Assembly (NCBI GenBank): GCA_965247985.1 | Contig: OZ252051.1 | Span: 4,227,060-4,291,059, forward strand | Direction: 5' to 3' | Length of the DNA stretch: 64,000 bases | Source of the DNA: an uncultured Candidatus Binatia bacterium | GTDB lineage: Bacteria; Desulfobacterota; Binatia; Bin18 | In this document: positions 46,163-56,623 of the stretch, piece by piece | Position numbering within the stretch: position 1 is the stretch's first letter | Layout: each line of letters starts with the position of its first letter | Notes under the pieces: generated by a model | Told to the model about the DNA's origin: nothing | The model's input: the letters and a program-made list of their open reading frames with translations, nothing else | Database searches by the model: none | Made by a program: the position numbers and the translations under genes

Positions 46163-47590
46163 CTAGGCGCGATAGGTCTGGCGGCCGCCCTGGCGCTCTT
46201 TGTTCAGCTTCTGATGCAAGTGCAGCCCTTCTAGGATGAATTCGGCTGCGGTGGAAATGAAGCTGGGCTGGCCGTCCACACCTAATACCGCCAGACTGTC
46301 CTGCAGCCCTTCAATGTTTTGGACGCCCTCCAGATACTCCTGAGACGGCATCATGTCCGAGACCTCGACGCCGCCGCCGTTCGCAAAATAGTCGATGACC
46401 GGCTGGAGATTTTCGATCTTGATATATTTGTCGAACACGTTCTGGATGGCACGATTCACCAGACGCTCAATGAGATCTCCATCTTTCTGCTCTTCACCCA
46501 TGTATTCCAGCTCAATTTTTCCCGCGGTAGAGGGATAGAGCGCGTACAGGTCGCTGATGCGAGGCACGGCCTCGTGCTCGCCCAGGCGCACGGCTCGTTT
46601 CTCGGCATTACTGACCAAGCTCTCGAAGTTATTGATCGTCATGCGGACACTCACACCGGACGATTGATTAATTTCGTTTGAGCCGCGCGCCTCCATGGTG
46701 AGTTGGGCGCAGATCTCTTTCATGAACCGCGGGGTGTCGACTACGAGGCCGTCATGCGCGAAGCGGGCCGCTTCCTGCTCCATAATGGAGATTTCTTCCT
46801 CAATGGAGCGCGGATAGTGGGTGCGAATCTGGACATCAAAACGATCTTTCAGCGGCGTGATAATGCGCCCCCGACTGGTATAGTCTTCAGGATTCGCACT
46901 GGCCACAATAATAACATCGAGCGGCAGACGGACCTTGAAGCCTTTGACCTGAAAGTCCTGCTCTTCCATGAGGTTGAACAGGCCAACCTGCACTTTCTCA
47001 GTCAGGTCGGGCAGTTCGTTGACCGCGAAGATGCCTCGGTTCGTGCGCGGAATCAGGCCGTAGTGGATAGTCTCCTCATCGGCCAGATAGCGCCCTTCGG
47101 CGACCTTAATCGGATCAACCTCACCGATGAGGTCGGCAACGGACACATCTGGCGTGGCCAGCTTCTCGGCATAGCGCTCGTCGCGTGACAGCCAGCGGAC
47201 TTCAAGCGCCTCTCCGCGTTCCGCGGCCAATCGACGCGCTTGCGGAGAGATGGGCACCAGGGGATTCTCTGGAATTTCAGCATCCCGAATGGTGGGTACA
47301 TAGTCGTCCAACAAGGTCGTCAGGCCACGAATCACCCGCGATTTTGCCTGTCCACGCTCACCCAGAAAGACGATGTGATGCCCAGCCAGCACGGCATTTT
47401 CGATCTCTGGAATAACGGTCTCGTCAAAGCCAATAATGCCGGGGAGCAATTTGTCCCCCGCGGAGAGCCTACGAATCAAATTCGCCCGCATCTCTTCTCG
47501 CACGGAAAGAACTTGATAGTCTACTTGCTTGAGATCACCAACCGTCTGGACTTCACGACGGAGCGTTTCAGTCGGAATTGCCTGTTGCAC
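46163..47590 (-). CDS. Mg-chelatase-like AAA+ ATPase
   Basis: Walker A variant GERGQAKSR, EKLATPD, FAVNELPDL, ASANPEDYTSRGRIITPLKDRF. Confidence 0.88.
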   Translation of the reverse strand: MQQAIPTETLRREVQTVGDLKQVDYQVLSVREEMRANLIRRLSAGDKLLPGIIGFDETVIPEIENAVLAGHHIVFLGERGQAKSRVIRGLTTLLDDYVPTIRDAEIPENPLVPISPQARRLAAERGEALEVRWLSRDERYAEKLATPDVSVADLIGEVDPIKVAEGRYLADEETIHYGLIPRTNRGIFAVNELPDLTEKVQVGLFNLMEEQDFQVKGFKVRLPLDVIIVASANPEDYTSRGRIITPLKDRFDVQIRTHYPRSIEEEISIMEQEAARFAHDGLVVDTPRFMKEICAQLTMEARGSNEINQSSGVSVRMTINNFESLVSNAEKRAVRLGEHEAVPRISDLYALYPSTAGKIELEYMGEEQKDGDLIERLVNRAIQNVFDKYIKIENLQPVIDYFANGGGVEVSDMMPSQEYLEGVQNIEGLQDSLAVLGVDGQPSFISTAAEFILEGLHLHQKLNKERQGGRQTYRA

Positions 47591-47729
47591 AATACTGCCT
47601 GCCTTTATTCAGAATATTCCTACACGTTCTTCCCGGTCCGTATCAAGATTTTCTATCTGGAATGGGGAGCTGCCAAAGAAATGGAGGGGAAGATGAGGAC
47701 GGAGCCGCACGCGGATTGTCTCCTTCTAC

Positions 47730-47753
47730 TGGGAGTGCAGGCAACCGGCCTGC
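47730..47753. repeat. GGAG-headed REP-like palindrome
   Basis: TGGGAGTGCAGGC-aaccg-GCCTGC, similar to 44014-44037. Confidence 0.45.
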
Positions 47754-47882
47754 GAACGGGGCATAGCCGCAGAGGTGAGACGCATGGGGCCTGTTGCAGA
47801 CCTGACGGAGAGGGCCGGAAACTGTCGGGGCGCTGACATCCGCTGTTTTCCCGGCATCCACACCGCTCCTGCCGCCTGCGCC

Positions 47883-48224
47883 TCAATCTCGTCCGCCCGC
47901 GCCATCCACCTCGGTCTTCGTCTCGAGTTCGACCGCCTCAAGAGACCGGCCGTCAACGCGGAGACGCAGCTCTTTCCCGACCTTGAAAAGCGGAACCTTT
48001 TTTTCCGCAACAGCGACTACTTCCCCAGTTCTTGGATTGCGCCCTTCCCGAGCAGGGCGACGTTTGACAATAAAACTGCCGAAGCCGCGGATCTCAATCC
48101 GTTCCGTCTTTGCCAGGGCCTCAGTCATGCTGTCGAATACCGTAGTGACCATGACCTCTGCATCTCGCCGTGAAAAACGAGGGTAGTGCTGAGCGACTTC
48201 CTCGATCAAGTCTCTTTTCGTCAC
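47883..48224 (-). CDS. ihfB: Integration host factor beta subunit
   Basis: RIEIRGFGSF, GRNPRTGE, FKVGKELRLRV; follows rpsA. Confidence 0.9.
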   Translation of the reverse strand: MTKRDLIEEVAQHYPRFSRRDAEVMVTTVFDSMTEALAKTERIEIRGFGSFIVKRRPAREGRNPRTGEVVAVAEKKVPLFKVGKELRLRVDGRSLEAVELETKTEVDGAGGRD

Positions 48225-48251
48225 GCTGCTGTTCTCTCCATTAGGAAAGCC

Positions 48252-50132
48252 TTATGATTTCTGTCGGTCGCCGTCATCCCGATCAAGGCGCAACTCTTCT
48301 CCCAGGATATCCTCAAAGGAGAACCGCGATCCGTCTCGTTCGCGCTGGAGGTAGGCCTCCATTTCCGCTCGCTCTTCACTGCGTCGTAATGCCTTCACAC
48401 TCAGCCCCATTTTGTGTTCACGGGGATCAATATGGATCACCTCAGCCTCGACCTCGTTGCCGACCTCAAAAAGCGACGAGGGTTTCTCCACTCGCTCCGT
48501 CGAGAGTTGAGAGATGTGGACCAGCCCCTCAATGCCGTCTGCTATTTCTACAAATACTCCAAAGTCTGTCACACTCGTGACTTTTCCGTTGACCCGACTC
48601 CCCACAGGATGTTCCTGTTGAAGGGTGACCCATGGGTCGGCACTAGATTGTTTAATACCGAGCGAAATACGCTCGTTGTCAACATCAATGCCGAGAATAA
48701 CAGCGTCAACCTCATCGCCCTTCTTAAACAATTCTGAAGGATGCTTAATTTTTCGGGTCCAATGCAGGTCCGAGATATGCGCCAGACCGTCAATCCCTTC
48801 CTCAACCTCAATAAATACGCCGAAATCAGTAATACTTTTGACTTTGCCGTGGATGCGGCTGCCCACCGGGTGGGTGGCGCGCACCGTCTCCCACGGGTTG
48901 GGAGAGACTTGTTTGAGTCCTAACGATATGCGGCGGTGGGCAGGGTCAAGGTCGAGTACCACGACTTCGACCTCATCTCCAACCGAGAGCAATTTCGAGG
49001 GGTGCGAAATCCGTTTTGTCCATGACATTTCAGAGACGTGTAACAGGCCTTCCACTCCCTGCTCCAGTTCCACAAAGGCCCCGTAATCGGCCAAGCTCAC
49101 GATCTTGCCCTGCACCCGACTGCCGGGCAGGTAGCGTTCTGTGACCGACCCCCACGGGTCGGGGACGAGTTGTTTCAGTCCAAGTGAAACACGCTCCTTT
49201 TCCGCATCAAACTTGAGGATCACGACCTGAATCGTCTCCCCGGCTTTGATCATCTCAGCGGGGTGGCCGATCCGTCCCCAAGACATATCGGTGATATGCA
49301 GGAGACCATCTAGCCCCCCCAGATCAACAAAGGCCCCGTAATCAGTAATATTTTTGACCGTCCCCTCAAGGATGACACCTTCATCGAGAACCTTGAGCGT
49401 CTCTTCCCGAAGCGAGGCGCGTTCTTGCTCTAGCACTGCCCGTCGCGATACGACCACATTGGAGCGGGCACGATTGTATTTGAGGATAACAAACTTCCCA
49501 GTTTGCCCTAGGAACTGGTCCAGGTCTCGAATGGGACGAATGTCAACATGAGAACCAGGTAAAAACGCAGTCACACCAATGTCAACGCGCAATCCGCCTT
49601 TGACTTTTCCAACAATTGAACCATCGACTGGAGTGTGACTGTTGAACGCCTCTTCAATGTCTCGCCAAATACGGAATTGTTCTGCTTTCGCTCGGGATAG
49701 AACGATCCCCTCTTGGTCAGAGTCAGCCGAGTCGAAATAGACCTCTATTTCATCTCCTTCATTGACCGTTATCTGGCCATCACGCTGGCGAAATTCAGCC
49801 AGAGGAATATGTCCTTCTGATTTATATCCGATATCAATGGTGACAAATTCTGGTCCAATACTCACCACACGCCCACGGACGACCTCACCCGGTTGAACCG
49901 AGCGCATGCTTTCTTCAAACATTTGGCCAAAGTCTTCCCCAACGCCTTTTCCCAGCTGTTCTGGTGCCGCAGGCGGGGTCTCACTGCCAGTCCCTACCGT
50001 CTCTGCCGACTGGCTCTCGTGTGACGCTTGGCTCTCATTGTCAACGCTACTTGTTTGGGCTTGCTCTTGTGTGGTGACCTCGCTGTGAGTTGGCGTGGTT
50101 TCTTCAACGTTGTTGTGTTCGTTATGTTCCAT
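48252..50132 (-). CDS. rpsA: 30S ribosomal protein S1
   Basis: Repeated S1 domains (KNITDYGAFVDLGG, GLLHVSEMSW, RISLG); acidic N-terminal extension. Confidence 0.96.
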   Translation of the reverse strand: MEHNEHNNVEETTPTHSEVTTQEQAQTSSVDNESQASHESQSAETVGTGSETPPAAPEQLGKGVGEDFGQMFEESMRSVQPGEVVRGRVVSIGPEFVTIDIGYKSEGHIPLAEFRQRDGQITVNEGDEIEVYFDSADSDQEGIVLSRAKAEQFRIWRDIEEAFNSHTPVDGSIVGKVKGGLRVDIGVTAFLPGSHVDIRPIRDLDQFLGQTGKFVILKYNRARSNVVVSRRAVLEQERASLREETLKVLDEGVILEGTVKNITDYGAFVDLGGLDGLLHITDMSWGRIGHPAEMIKAGETIQVVILKFDAEKERVSLGLKQLVPDPWGSVTERYLPGSRVQGKIVSLADYGAFVELEQGVEGLLHVSEMSWTKRISHPSKLLSVGDEVEVVVLDLDPAHRRISLGLKQVSPNPWETVRATHPVGSRIHGKVKSITDFGVFIEVEEGIDGLAHISDLHWTRKIKHPSELFKKGDEVDAVILGIDVDNERISLGIKQSSADPWVTLQQEHPVGSRVNGKVTSVTDFGVFVEIADGIEGLVHISQLSTERVEKPSSLFEVGNEVEAEVIHIDPREHKMGLSVKALRRSEERAEMEAYLQRERDGSRFSFEDILGEELRLDRDDGDRQKS

Positions 50133-50204
50133 GTTATGGTTTACCCCCTACGAAGCTCCCGTACCTTGCCTTTGCATACTCTCCTCTCGGCTCGGTTGCA
50201 AGAG

Positions 50205-50909
50205 CTACGAGCCCACCTTTTCCTTTTTGCTTTCAATACTTGCATGGGCATGGACTAATTTGGCCATACTGTCAACTACTTCAGCCTGGGTCAATGCAGT
50301 GGTATCGATACGCACGGCATCAGCCGCAGGTCGGAGGGGGGCATGGGCGCGTTCGCTGTCACGTCGGTCTCGCTCAGCCATCTCTTGAAGTGTCTGCTCA
50401 AGCGAAACATTGGCCTCTCCCCGCTGTTGCAGCTCAACATAGCGACGTCGACCCCGTTCTTCGATCGAGGCATCCAGAAATATCTTTATGTCAGCATTCG
50501 GAAAAACAACCGTCCCAATATCACGCCCCTCAAGGACTGCCGCTCCGATCCCTCCGAGCCGACGTTGAAGCCCGAGGAGAGCGTGGCGAACACGCGGCTG
50601 AGCGGAGACTTTCGAGGCCATCTGACTCATTTCCGGGCGACGGATATCGGCCGTAATATCCCGATTTCCCAAAAGAATATGGGTTTCCGAGAGTTCAATA
50701 TCCGCGGTATCACATAACGCCGCCAGTCGCTCGCCGTCGTCAGGACTTACGCCCTGCTCCCAGGCGAGTAAGCCAATAGTCCGGTAGAGTGCCCCAGTAT
50801 CAATATAGCGATAGCCGAGCCGTTCGGCCAAAAGACGGCTGACCGTACTCTTGCCGGCACCGGCCGGACCATCGATAGCGATAATCAGGCCCTTCTTCGT
50901 CTCCGTCAT
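50205..50909 (-). CDS. cmk: Cytidylate kinase
   Basis: IAIDGPAGAGKST, DTGALYR, EGRDIGTVVFP, ERDRRD; TGATG coupling with aroA. Confidence 0.95.
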   Translation of the reverse strand: MTETKKGLIIAIDGPAGAGKSTVSRLLAERLGYRYIDTGALYRTIGLLAWEQGVSPDDGERLAALCDTADIELSETHILLGNRDITADIRRPEMSQMASKVSAQPRVRHALLGLQRRLGGIGAAVLEGRDIGTVVFPNADIKIFLDASIEERGRRRYVELQQRGEANVSLEQTLQEMAERDRRDSERAHAPLRPAADAVRIDTTALTQAEVVDSMAKLVHAHASIESKKEKVGS

Positions 50910-52234
50910 CAGACTGTCCCCAGCTGGACTCCGGCCACCTCTTGTAGCAGGCGGTAATAGCCGGGAAAGGAAATAGCAATACACTCCGACTCTCGGACAA
51001 CGACACCCTCGTCTGAGCCGAGTCCGGCCACGCTCAGTGCCATGGCAATGCGATGGTCCCCCTGGCTGTGGACCGTTCCACCCCGCACACGCGCCTGCCC
51101 AGCGATCACCAGTCCATCCGGCAGTTCTTCAACTGCCACCCCGAGGGCGGCTAATGCGGCGGCCAAAGCGCGAATGCGATCACTCTCTTTGACGCGAAGC
51201 TCTTGAGCTCCACGAATAACCGAGGTGCCTTGGGCAAACGCCATGGCTACAGCAAGCAGCGGCAGTTCATCAATGGCTCGGACAACAAGCGCGCCGTCAA
51301 TTTCTATCCCGCGCAAAGTGCTTGAGCGGATCACCATGTCCCCGCTGGGCTCCCCGCAGACGTCTTGTGTATTGCGTATCTCTATCCGTGCCCCCATGGC
51401 TCGAAAGATATCCAATATCCCAGTCCGGGTTGGATTGAGTCCAACATGGCGAATACACAACTCCGAGTGAGGTAGCAGGAGTGCGGCCCCAATAAAAAAA
51501 GCTGCGGAAGAGAAGTCACCGGGGACACTCACCTCCTGGGCATGCAGGGACGTCCCGCCTTCAACGGATACCGTTCGCCCCCGCACCTCAAGCCGCCCCC
51601 CAAATGCAGGTAAAAGGCGTTCCGTATGATCACGGGAACGTTCAGGCTCTATGACCGTCGTCCGCCCGTTGGCGCGCAGACCGGCCAAAAGGATGGCTGA
51701 TTTGACTTGGGCGCTAGCCACGGGACTCTCATACGTAATGCCGGTGAGTGTCCCGTCCTGGCCTGTAATCCGTAAAGGCGCGCAGTTCTGTCCGCCTTCA
51801 CTCTCAATCGTGGCACCCATCAGCCGTAATGGCTCAATCACCCGCCCCATGGGGCGGCGACGGAGCGACGCATCACCGTCCAGACGGGACGCAAAAGAGC
51901 AACCAGCCAGGATACCGGAAAGCAGACGCAGCGTGGTTCCGGAATTCCCACAATCTATGCTGGCGTCGGCATCTGTGGGCGGGTGTAAATGATCCCAGCC
52001 AGGGCTGCTCACGATAACCGTTGTGTCCTGTTGCGCGATGTCAACTCCCAGCAATTGAACAGCCTGGATCGTCCGCAGATTATCCTCACCAAGCGAACAA
52101 CCCCGGATGCAGCTTTCTCCTTGAGCCAATGCCGCAAACAGCACAGCGCGGTGGCTTATGGACTTATCGCCCGGCAGGCGGACCTCACCCCGTAGGCCGT
52201 GAGGAGCGGGTGGGATCGTTACTGACGTACTCAT
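50909..52234 (-). CDS. aroA: 3-phosphoshikimate 1-carboxyvinyltransferase (class II EPSPS)
   Basis: PGDKSISHRA, DCGNSGTT, SAQVKSA, RDHTE, ELRVKESDRI, DHRIAM. Confidence 0.96.
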   Translation of the reverse strand: MSTSVTIPPAPHGLRGEVRLPGDKSISHRAVLFAALAQGESCIRGCSLGEDNLRTIQAVQLLGVDIAQQDTTVIVSSPGWDHLHPPTDADASIDCGNSGTTLRLLSGILAGCSFASRLDGDASLRRRPMGRVIEPLRLMGATIESEGGQNCAPLRITGQDGTLTGITYESPVASAQVKSAILLAGLRANGRTTVIEPERSRDHTERLLPAFGGRLEVRGRTVSVEGGTSLHAQEVSVPGDFSSAAFFIGAALLLPHSELCIRHVGLNPTRTGILDIFRAMGARIEIRNTQDVCGEPSGDMVIRSSTLRGIEIDGALVVRAIDELPLLAVAMAFAQGTSVIRGAQELRVKESDRIRALAAALAALGVAVEELPDGLVIAGQARVRGGTVHSQGDHRIAMALSVAGLGSDEGVVVRESECIAISFPGYYRLLQEVAGVQLGTV

Positions 52235-53133
52235 TTCCCCTCTCGCAGACGAGTCAGGCGCTGACGCTCCTCTCGCGCCCGCTCAATATCCGCTGAGAGT
52301 ATTTTCCCGTCCCCCTCAGCCACCGCGACTTTCATCTGAGCCAGCGCGGCTTCAAAACTGGAAATAGCAGACAGCAATGCCTCACGATTCTCAAGACAGA
52401 TGTCACGCCACATTTCTACCGGACTGACCGCCACCCGAGTCAGGTCGGCAAACGCACTGCCGGCATAAACAAGCGGATCAACCTGTTCTGCCTGTGACGA
52501 GGGCGAGTGTAGAAACGACGCAAGGAGTCCGTTCATCACGCTAAACGCTATGAGATGGGGCAAATGGCTCACCTGGGCGAGGATGCTATCGTGGACCTCA
52601 GCGTCCATCTCTTCGACGCGCATACCCACGCCTTCCCACAAGGCTCGGACCCGCGCCAGCGCGTGAGCGTCGGTCCTGTCGGTCGGCGTCAACACGCATA
52701 AGCGTCCCTCAAAGAGCGTTTCAAAGGCGGCCCCGGCTCCGGCATTCTCGGTCCCGGCGATAGGATGGGCGGCCACACAGGGCAGCGAGGCGGGGAGCAG
52801 GGCTTCGAGCGTGGCCACAACAGGCGCTTTGACACTGCCGGCATCCGTCACAATACAGCCCGACGGGAGATGGGGCAGAAACTGCTGCATGACCGGCCCG
52901 GTCGCCCGAACCGGAACAGCCAGCAGGAGCGCATCCGTGCCCTGAGCGGCCTCGGCCGGATCAAACGTATAGGAATCAATCAGGCCGCGCTCCAGCGCAA
53001 TTTTAAGATTAGCTTCGGTCCGACCAAAGCCAACCACCTGTTCAACCAGGCCCCGAGCTTTGGCCGCCAGTCCGAGCGAACCGCCAATCAGCCCCACCCC
53101 GACGATAAGAAGGCGATGAAATAAAAGTGGCAT
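52231..53133 (-). CDS. tyrA: Prephenate/arogenate dehydrogenase
   Basis: GVGLIGGS, TDAGSVK, HPIAGTE, SHLPHL, DLTRVA. Confidence 0.92.
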   Translation of the reverse strand: MPLLFHRLLIVGVGLIGGSLGLAAKARGLVEQVVGFGRTEANLKIALERGLIDSYTFDPAEAAQGTDALLLAVPVRATGPVMQQFLPHLPSGCIVTDAGSVKAPVVATLEALLPASLPCVAAHPIAGTENAGAGAAFETLFEGRLCVLTPTDRTDAHALARVRALWEGVGMRVEEMDAEVHDSILAQVSHLPHLIAFSVMNGLLASFLHSPSSQAEQVDPLVYAGSAFADLTRVAVSPVEMWRDICLENREALLSAISSFEAALAQMKVAVAEGDGKILSADIERAREERQRLTRLREGK

Positions 53134-53163
53134 AGTGTATGAGGTGTGGCGCAGGCGGTGCGC

Positions 53164-54249
53164 CTAGGCTTGCATCTTCTCCAGAGCCGCAATAAAGCGT
53201 TCGTTTTCTTCGGGCAGACCCACACTCACGCGGGCGTAGCCAGGATAGCCATAGCCCTCCATGGGCCGAATGATAATGCCCTGGGGCAAAAGCTGTTGCG
53301 TTACGCCAGGACCAACTTTCACCAGGAGAAAATTCCCCCAGGTGGGAGCGTATTCCACCCCCAGACGGTCCAACTCCCGACGCAGATAGGCCAGCCCGCG
53401 GCGATTATTGTCCTGGGTCTTGCGAATATGCTCGGTATCATCAAGCGCCGCTAAGGCTCCCACTTGGGCGAGCGTATTCACATTAAAGGGCTGACGGATA
53501 CGGTTGAGCGCATCAATCACTTCCGGTGAGGAAAGGCCATACCCCACGCGCACGCCGGCCAGACCACAGATCTTGGAAAACGTGCGCAGGGTGATGAGCA
53601 CTCGCTCATCCGAATGATAATCCAGCGAATTGGGGTAGTCTGCATCTTCGACAAATTCAAAATAGGCTTCGTCGACGACGATCACCACACTGGGCGGCAC
53701 TTTCTCCAGAAAAGCCTCCCAGTCCGTCTTGGTGTAGATCGTACCAGTGGGATTATTGGGGTTATCCAGGAACACAATCCGCGTATCGTCCGCGATTGCC
53801 CGCGCCATTGCGTCCAGATCAAAGGCAAAGCCGGTGTGGGGAACGGTAATGGTGCGGCCGCCGGCCGCGTGCACACACAGATGATAAATGGCAAACGCGT
53901 GCTCCGCGGCGACAATCGATTCACCGACGCGCAAAAAGGCACGCACGATCATTTCGATTAATTCGTTTGAACCGTTGCCAATAATAATCCGCGCGCGGTC
54001 CAGCCCGAATTTCTCGGCTAGGCGTTGTTTGAGATAAAAGGCATCGCCGTCAGGATACAGATTGAGCTGCGGCAGCGCCGCACGAATCGCCTCAACCGCT
54101 TTTGGAGACGGACCAAGGGGATTCTCGTTTGAGGCGATCTTCACCGAGTTGCTGATACCGTATTCCCGCTCCACCTCTTCAATCGGCTTTCCAGGCTGAT
54201 ACGGGGTGAGACTCAAGACCCAATCCGGTACATATTTTCGGATATCCAT
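53164..54249 (-). CDS. hisC: Histidinol-phosphate aminotransferase
   Basis: YQPGKP, ASNENPLG, GNGSNE, NPNNPTG, DEAY, RTFSK. Confidence 0.93.
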   Translation of the reverse strand: MDIRKYVPDWVLSLTPYQPGKPIEEVEREYGISNSVKIASNENPLGPSPKAVEAIRAALPQLNLYPDGDAFYLKQRLAEKFGLDRARIIIGNGSNELIEMIVRAFLRVGESIVAAEHAFAIYHLCVHAAGGRTITVPHTGFAFDLDAMARAIADDTRIVFLDNPNNPTGTIYTKTDWEAFLEKVPPSVVIVVDEAYFEFVEDADYPNSLDYHSDERVLITLRTFSKICGLAGVRVGYGLSSPEVIDALNRIRQPFNVNTLAQVGALAALDDTEHIRKTQDNNRRGLAYLRRELDRLGVEYAPTWGNFLLVKVGPGVTQQLLPQGIIIRPMEGYGYPGYARVSVGLPEENERFIAALEKMQA

Positions 54250-54255
54250 ACGCTC

Positions 54256-55422
54256 TCACCGTTTTTGCTGTGCCGCCATAGCCGCCGGCACAAAGGACGC
54301 ATAAGAACCCAGCACTTTGACCGACAGACAGCGGGGTTCGATCTCTCGCAGTGCGTCTGCGAGAGCCCGACCGCTCACATGCCCTTCAATATCGATAAAA
54401 AAGACGTATTCCCACGGTCGTCCTTTGAGTGGCCGGGATTCGATCCGTAATAGGTTAATACTGTGATCGGCAAACGGCTTCAGCACCTGGTACAGCACGC
54501 CCGACTCATCCCGGACGGATAGCACCAAGGAAGTTTTGTCATCCCCGGTTGGTTTGCCTCGCTGCGGGGTCCGGCTCAGGATGGCGAAACGGGTGTAGTT
54601 CGCAGCTTGATCCTGGATATCCGCAGCTATGATATTGAGCCGATAGCGCTCCGCCGCCAACCGTCCGGCAATCGCCGCGGCCTGTGGGTCGCTCCGCACC
54701 AGTTCGGCAGCCCGGGAATTGCTCGATGCCGCCTGCGTGGGAACACCCGGCAAATGCGTGGCCAGCCAGTGCTGACATTGTGCCAGCGACTGCGGGTGGG
54801 CCAGCACGCGTTGCAGCCGCTCCCGCTTTGCCGCGCGGCTGAGCAAACAGTGCCGAATTTCCAATGAGCGCTCCGCAATAATATGCAGATTCGTTTCAAT
54901 AAAGAGATCAAGCGTGATAGCGACCGAGCCCTGACTCGAATTCTCGACTGGCACGACCCCGTATTCGACCTGGCCACTTTCAACCGCTGAGAAAACTTGA
55001 GGAATCGTCTCTACCGGGACAAACTCAGCGTTCGATCCAAACTGCTCCTCACTCGCCATATGGGCATAACTCGCCTCCGGTCCAAGATAGGCAACCCGCA
55101 AGGACGTTTCGAGCGCACGTGAGGCCGAAATAATCTCGCGATAAATGACCTGAATGGATTCATCCGGGAGCGGCCCAGTGTTCAGCCCAGCTAAACGGGC
55201 GAGAATGGCCCGTTCCCGGCTCGGCACATAGACCGCGCTGGTCTTCCCTTTCTTGGCTCCAATCTGTTGGGCCAAGCGGGCGCGGCGATTTAACAGGGTA
55301 AGAATTTGGGTATCGATACGATCGATTTTCTCTCTGAACGCCTCTAAATCCCCCCTACCCCCCTTGCTAAGGGGGGCCAGGGGGGATGCCGCTTGCGAAG
55401 AGGAAGAACGTTTGTGCGCCAC
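54256..55422 (-). CDS. pheA: Chorismate mutase/prephenate dehydratase (P-protein)
   Basis: REKIDRID CM domain, VAYLGP, PVENSSQG, HPQSLAQC, NYTRF, ACT domain IESRP. Confidence 0.95.
   Translation of the reverse strand: MAHKRSSSSQAASPLAPLSKGGRGDLEAFREKIDRIDTQILTLLNRRARLAQQIGAKKGKTSAVYVPSRERAILARLAGLNTGPLPDESIQVIYREIISASRALETSLRVAYLGPEASYAHMASEEQFGSNAEFVPVETIPQVFSAVESGQVEYGVVPVENSSQGSVAITLDLFIETNLHIIAERSLEIRHCLLSRAAKRERLQRVLAHPQSLAQCQHWLATHLPGVPTQAASSNSRAAELVRSDPQAAAIAGRLAAERYRLNIIAADIQDQAANYTRFAILSRTPQRGKPTGDDKTSLVLSVRDESGVLYQVLKPFADHSINLLRIESRPLKGRPWEYVFFIDIEGHVSGRALADALREIEPRCLSVKVLGSYASFVPAAMAAQQKR
55348..55387. repeat. C/G-run palindromic repeat within the pheA coding sequence
   Basis: ATCCCCCCTACCCCCCTT-GCT-AAGGGGGGCCAGGGGGGAT, encoding SPLAPLSKGGRGD. 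Confidence 0.8.
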
Positions 55423-55475
55423 ACGGCGTTTCTTACTATGATTTCCTGAGCCAGTCTATGCGCTCAGGTCACAGG

Positions 55476-55521
55476 GCAACCCCCCATGTCCCCCCTAATA
55501 GGGGGGATTGAGAGGGGTTGC
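55476..55521. repeat. C/G-run palindromic repeat, intergenic copy
   Basis: GCAACCCCCCATGTCCCCCCTAATAGGGGGGATTGAGAGGGGTTGC. Confidence 0.7.
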
Positions 55522-55557
55522 TTTCCGACTTGCTGACTTTCTGATTGCCACTCTGCA

Positions 55558-56565
55558 CTATCCACCGCCCACTCTTTCTTCAGTCTTCAGCCCCGCTGCC
55601 TTATCGACAATGCCAATTTCTCCCATTCGACGGAATTTCGTGTAGCGTTGATCCATCAGTTCGGCCACGGACAAGCTACTCACCACTTGCAGGTGGCGGG
55701 CGATTGCCTCTCCAACGTCGATTATAGCGGCCTGGGCATAACGGTGGGCTCCGCCTGACGGCTCTGGGATCATCTCATCAATCACGCCTAAAGAGAGCAG
55801 ATGCGGAGCCGTCACCTTCAGCGCCTCGGCTGCCCAGGCCGAACGTTCCGGCGTGCGTTCTCCAAACAGAATCGCCGCACAGCCTTCGGGGGTAATGACC
55901 GAGTAACAGGCATTCTCCTGCATCAGAATGCGGTCGCCAACACCCAGGGCCAGCGCGCCGCCACTCCCCCCCTCTCCAATAACCGTGACAATGATGGGGG
56001 TCTTGAGGCCGGCCATTTCCTGGATATTCCTGGCAATGGCTTCGGCCTGGCCGCGCTCCTCAGCGCCAACTCCGGGATAGGCACCTTGGGTATCAATAAA
56101 GCTCAATACCGGCCGCCGGAACCGCTCGGCTAGACGAAAGAGACGCAGCGCTTTGCGATACCCCTCGGGACGGGGCATCCCAAAATTCCGGTGGACTTTT
56201 TCAGCCACCGTCTTGCCGCGCTGATGGCCGACAACAACAACTGGCGTGCCACGAAAACGCGCCAGACCGCCGATAATTGCCGGATCATCGCCAAAGACTC
56301 GATCGCCGTGCAGTTCCACGAATTCGGAGCAGAGGGCCTCAATATAATCGAGCGTGTAGGGCCGGTCCGGGTGTCGAGAGAGTTGCACCCGTTGCCACGG
56401 CGAGAGGGCAGCAAACACCTCTGTCTCGCGTTGCCGGAGCTGTTCTTCTAGTGCGGCCAGTTCAGTCTGTTGCGCTGCTGGCCGGATTTCCAACTGGGTG
56501 AGGTGCTGCACCTGCTTATCCAACTCCTCCAGAGGTTGCTCAAAATCGAGATAGGTTGTCTGCAC
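55558..56565 (-). CDS. accA: Acetyl-CoA carboxylase carboxyltransferase alpha subunit
   Basis: YLDFEQP, RHPDRP, ELHGDR, NFGMPRPEGYRKA, GEGGSGGAL. Confidence 0.96.
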   Translation of the reverse strand: MQTTYLDFEQPLEELDKQVQHLTQLEIRPAAQQTELAALEEQLRQRETEVFAALSPWQRVQLSRHPDRPYTLDYIEALCSEFVELHGDRVFGDDPAIIGGLARFRGTPVVVVGHQRGKTVAEKVHRNFGMPRPEGYRKALRLFRLAERFRRPVLSFIDTQGAYPGVGAEERGQAEAIARNIQEMAGLKTPIIVTVIGEGGSGGALALGVGDRILMQENACYSVITPEGCAAILFGERTPERSAWAAEALKVTAPHLLSLGVIDEMIPEPSGGAHRYAQAAIIDVGEAIARHLQVVSSLSVAELMDQRYTKFRRMGEIGIVDKAAGLKTEERVGGG

Positions 56566-56623
56566 AATTGCTCCTTCTCAACAGGGCGTGAAACGGAACG
56601 AAAGAGCTTCGTCGTCTTCCACA

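Noticed and set aside
46163-47590. Chlorophyll/cobalamin chelatase pathway (this ATPase, and comM at 13875-15398)
   Set aside because: Both are chelatase-like AAA+ families unrelated to tetrapyrrole synthesis; no bch/chl/cob genes are present.
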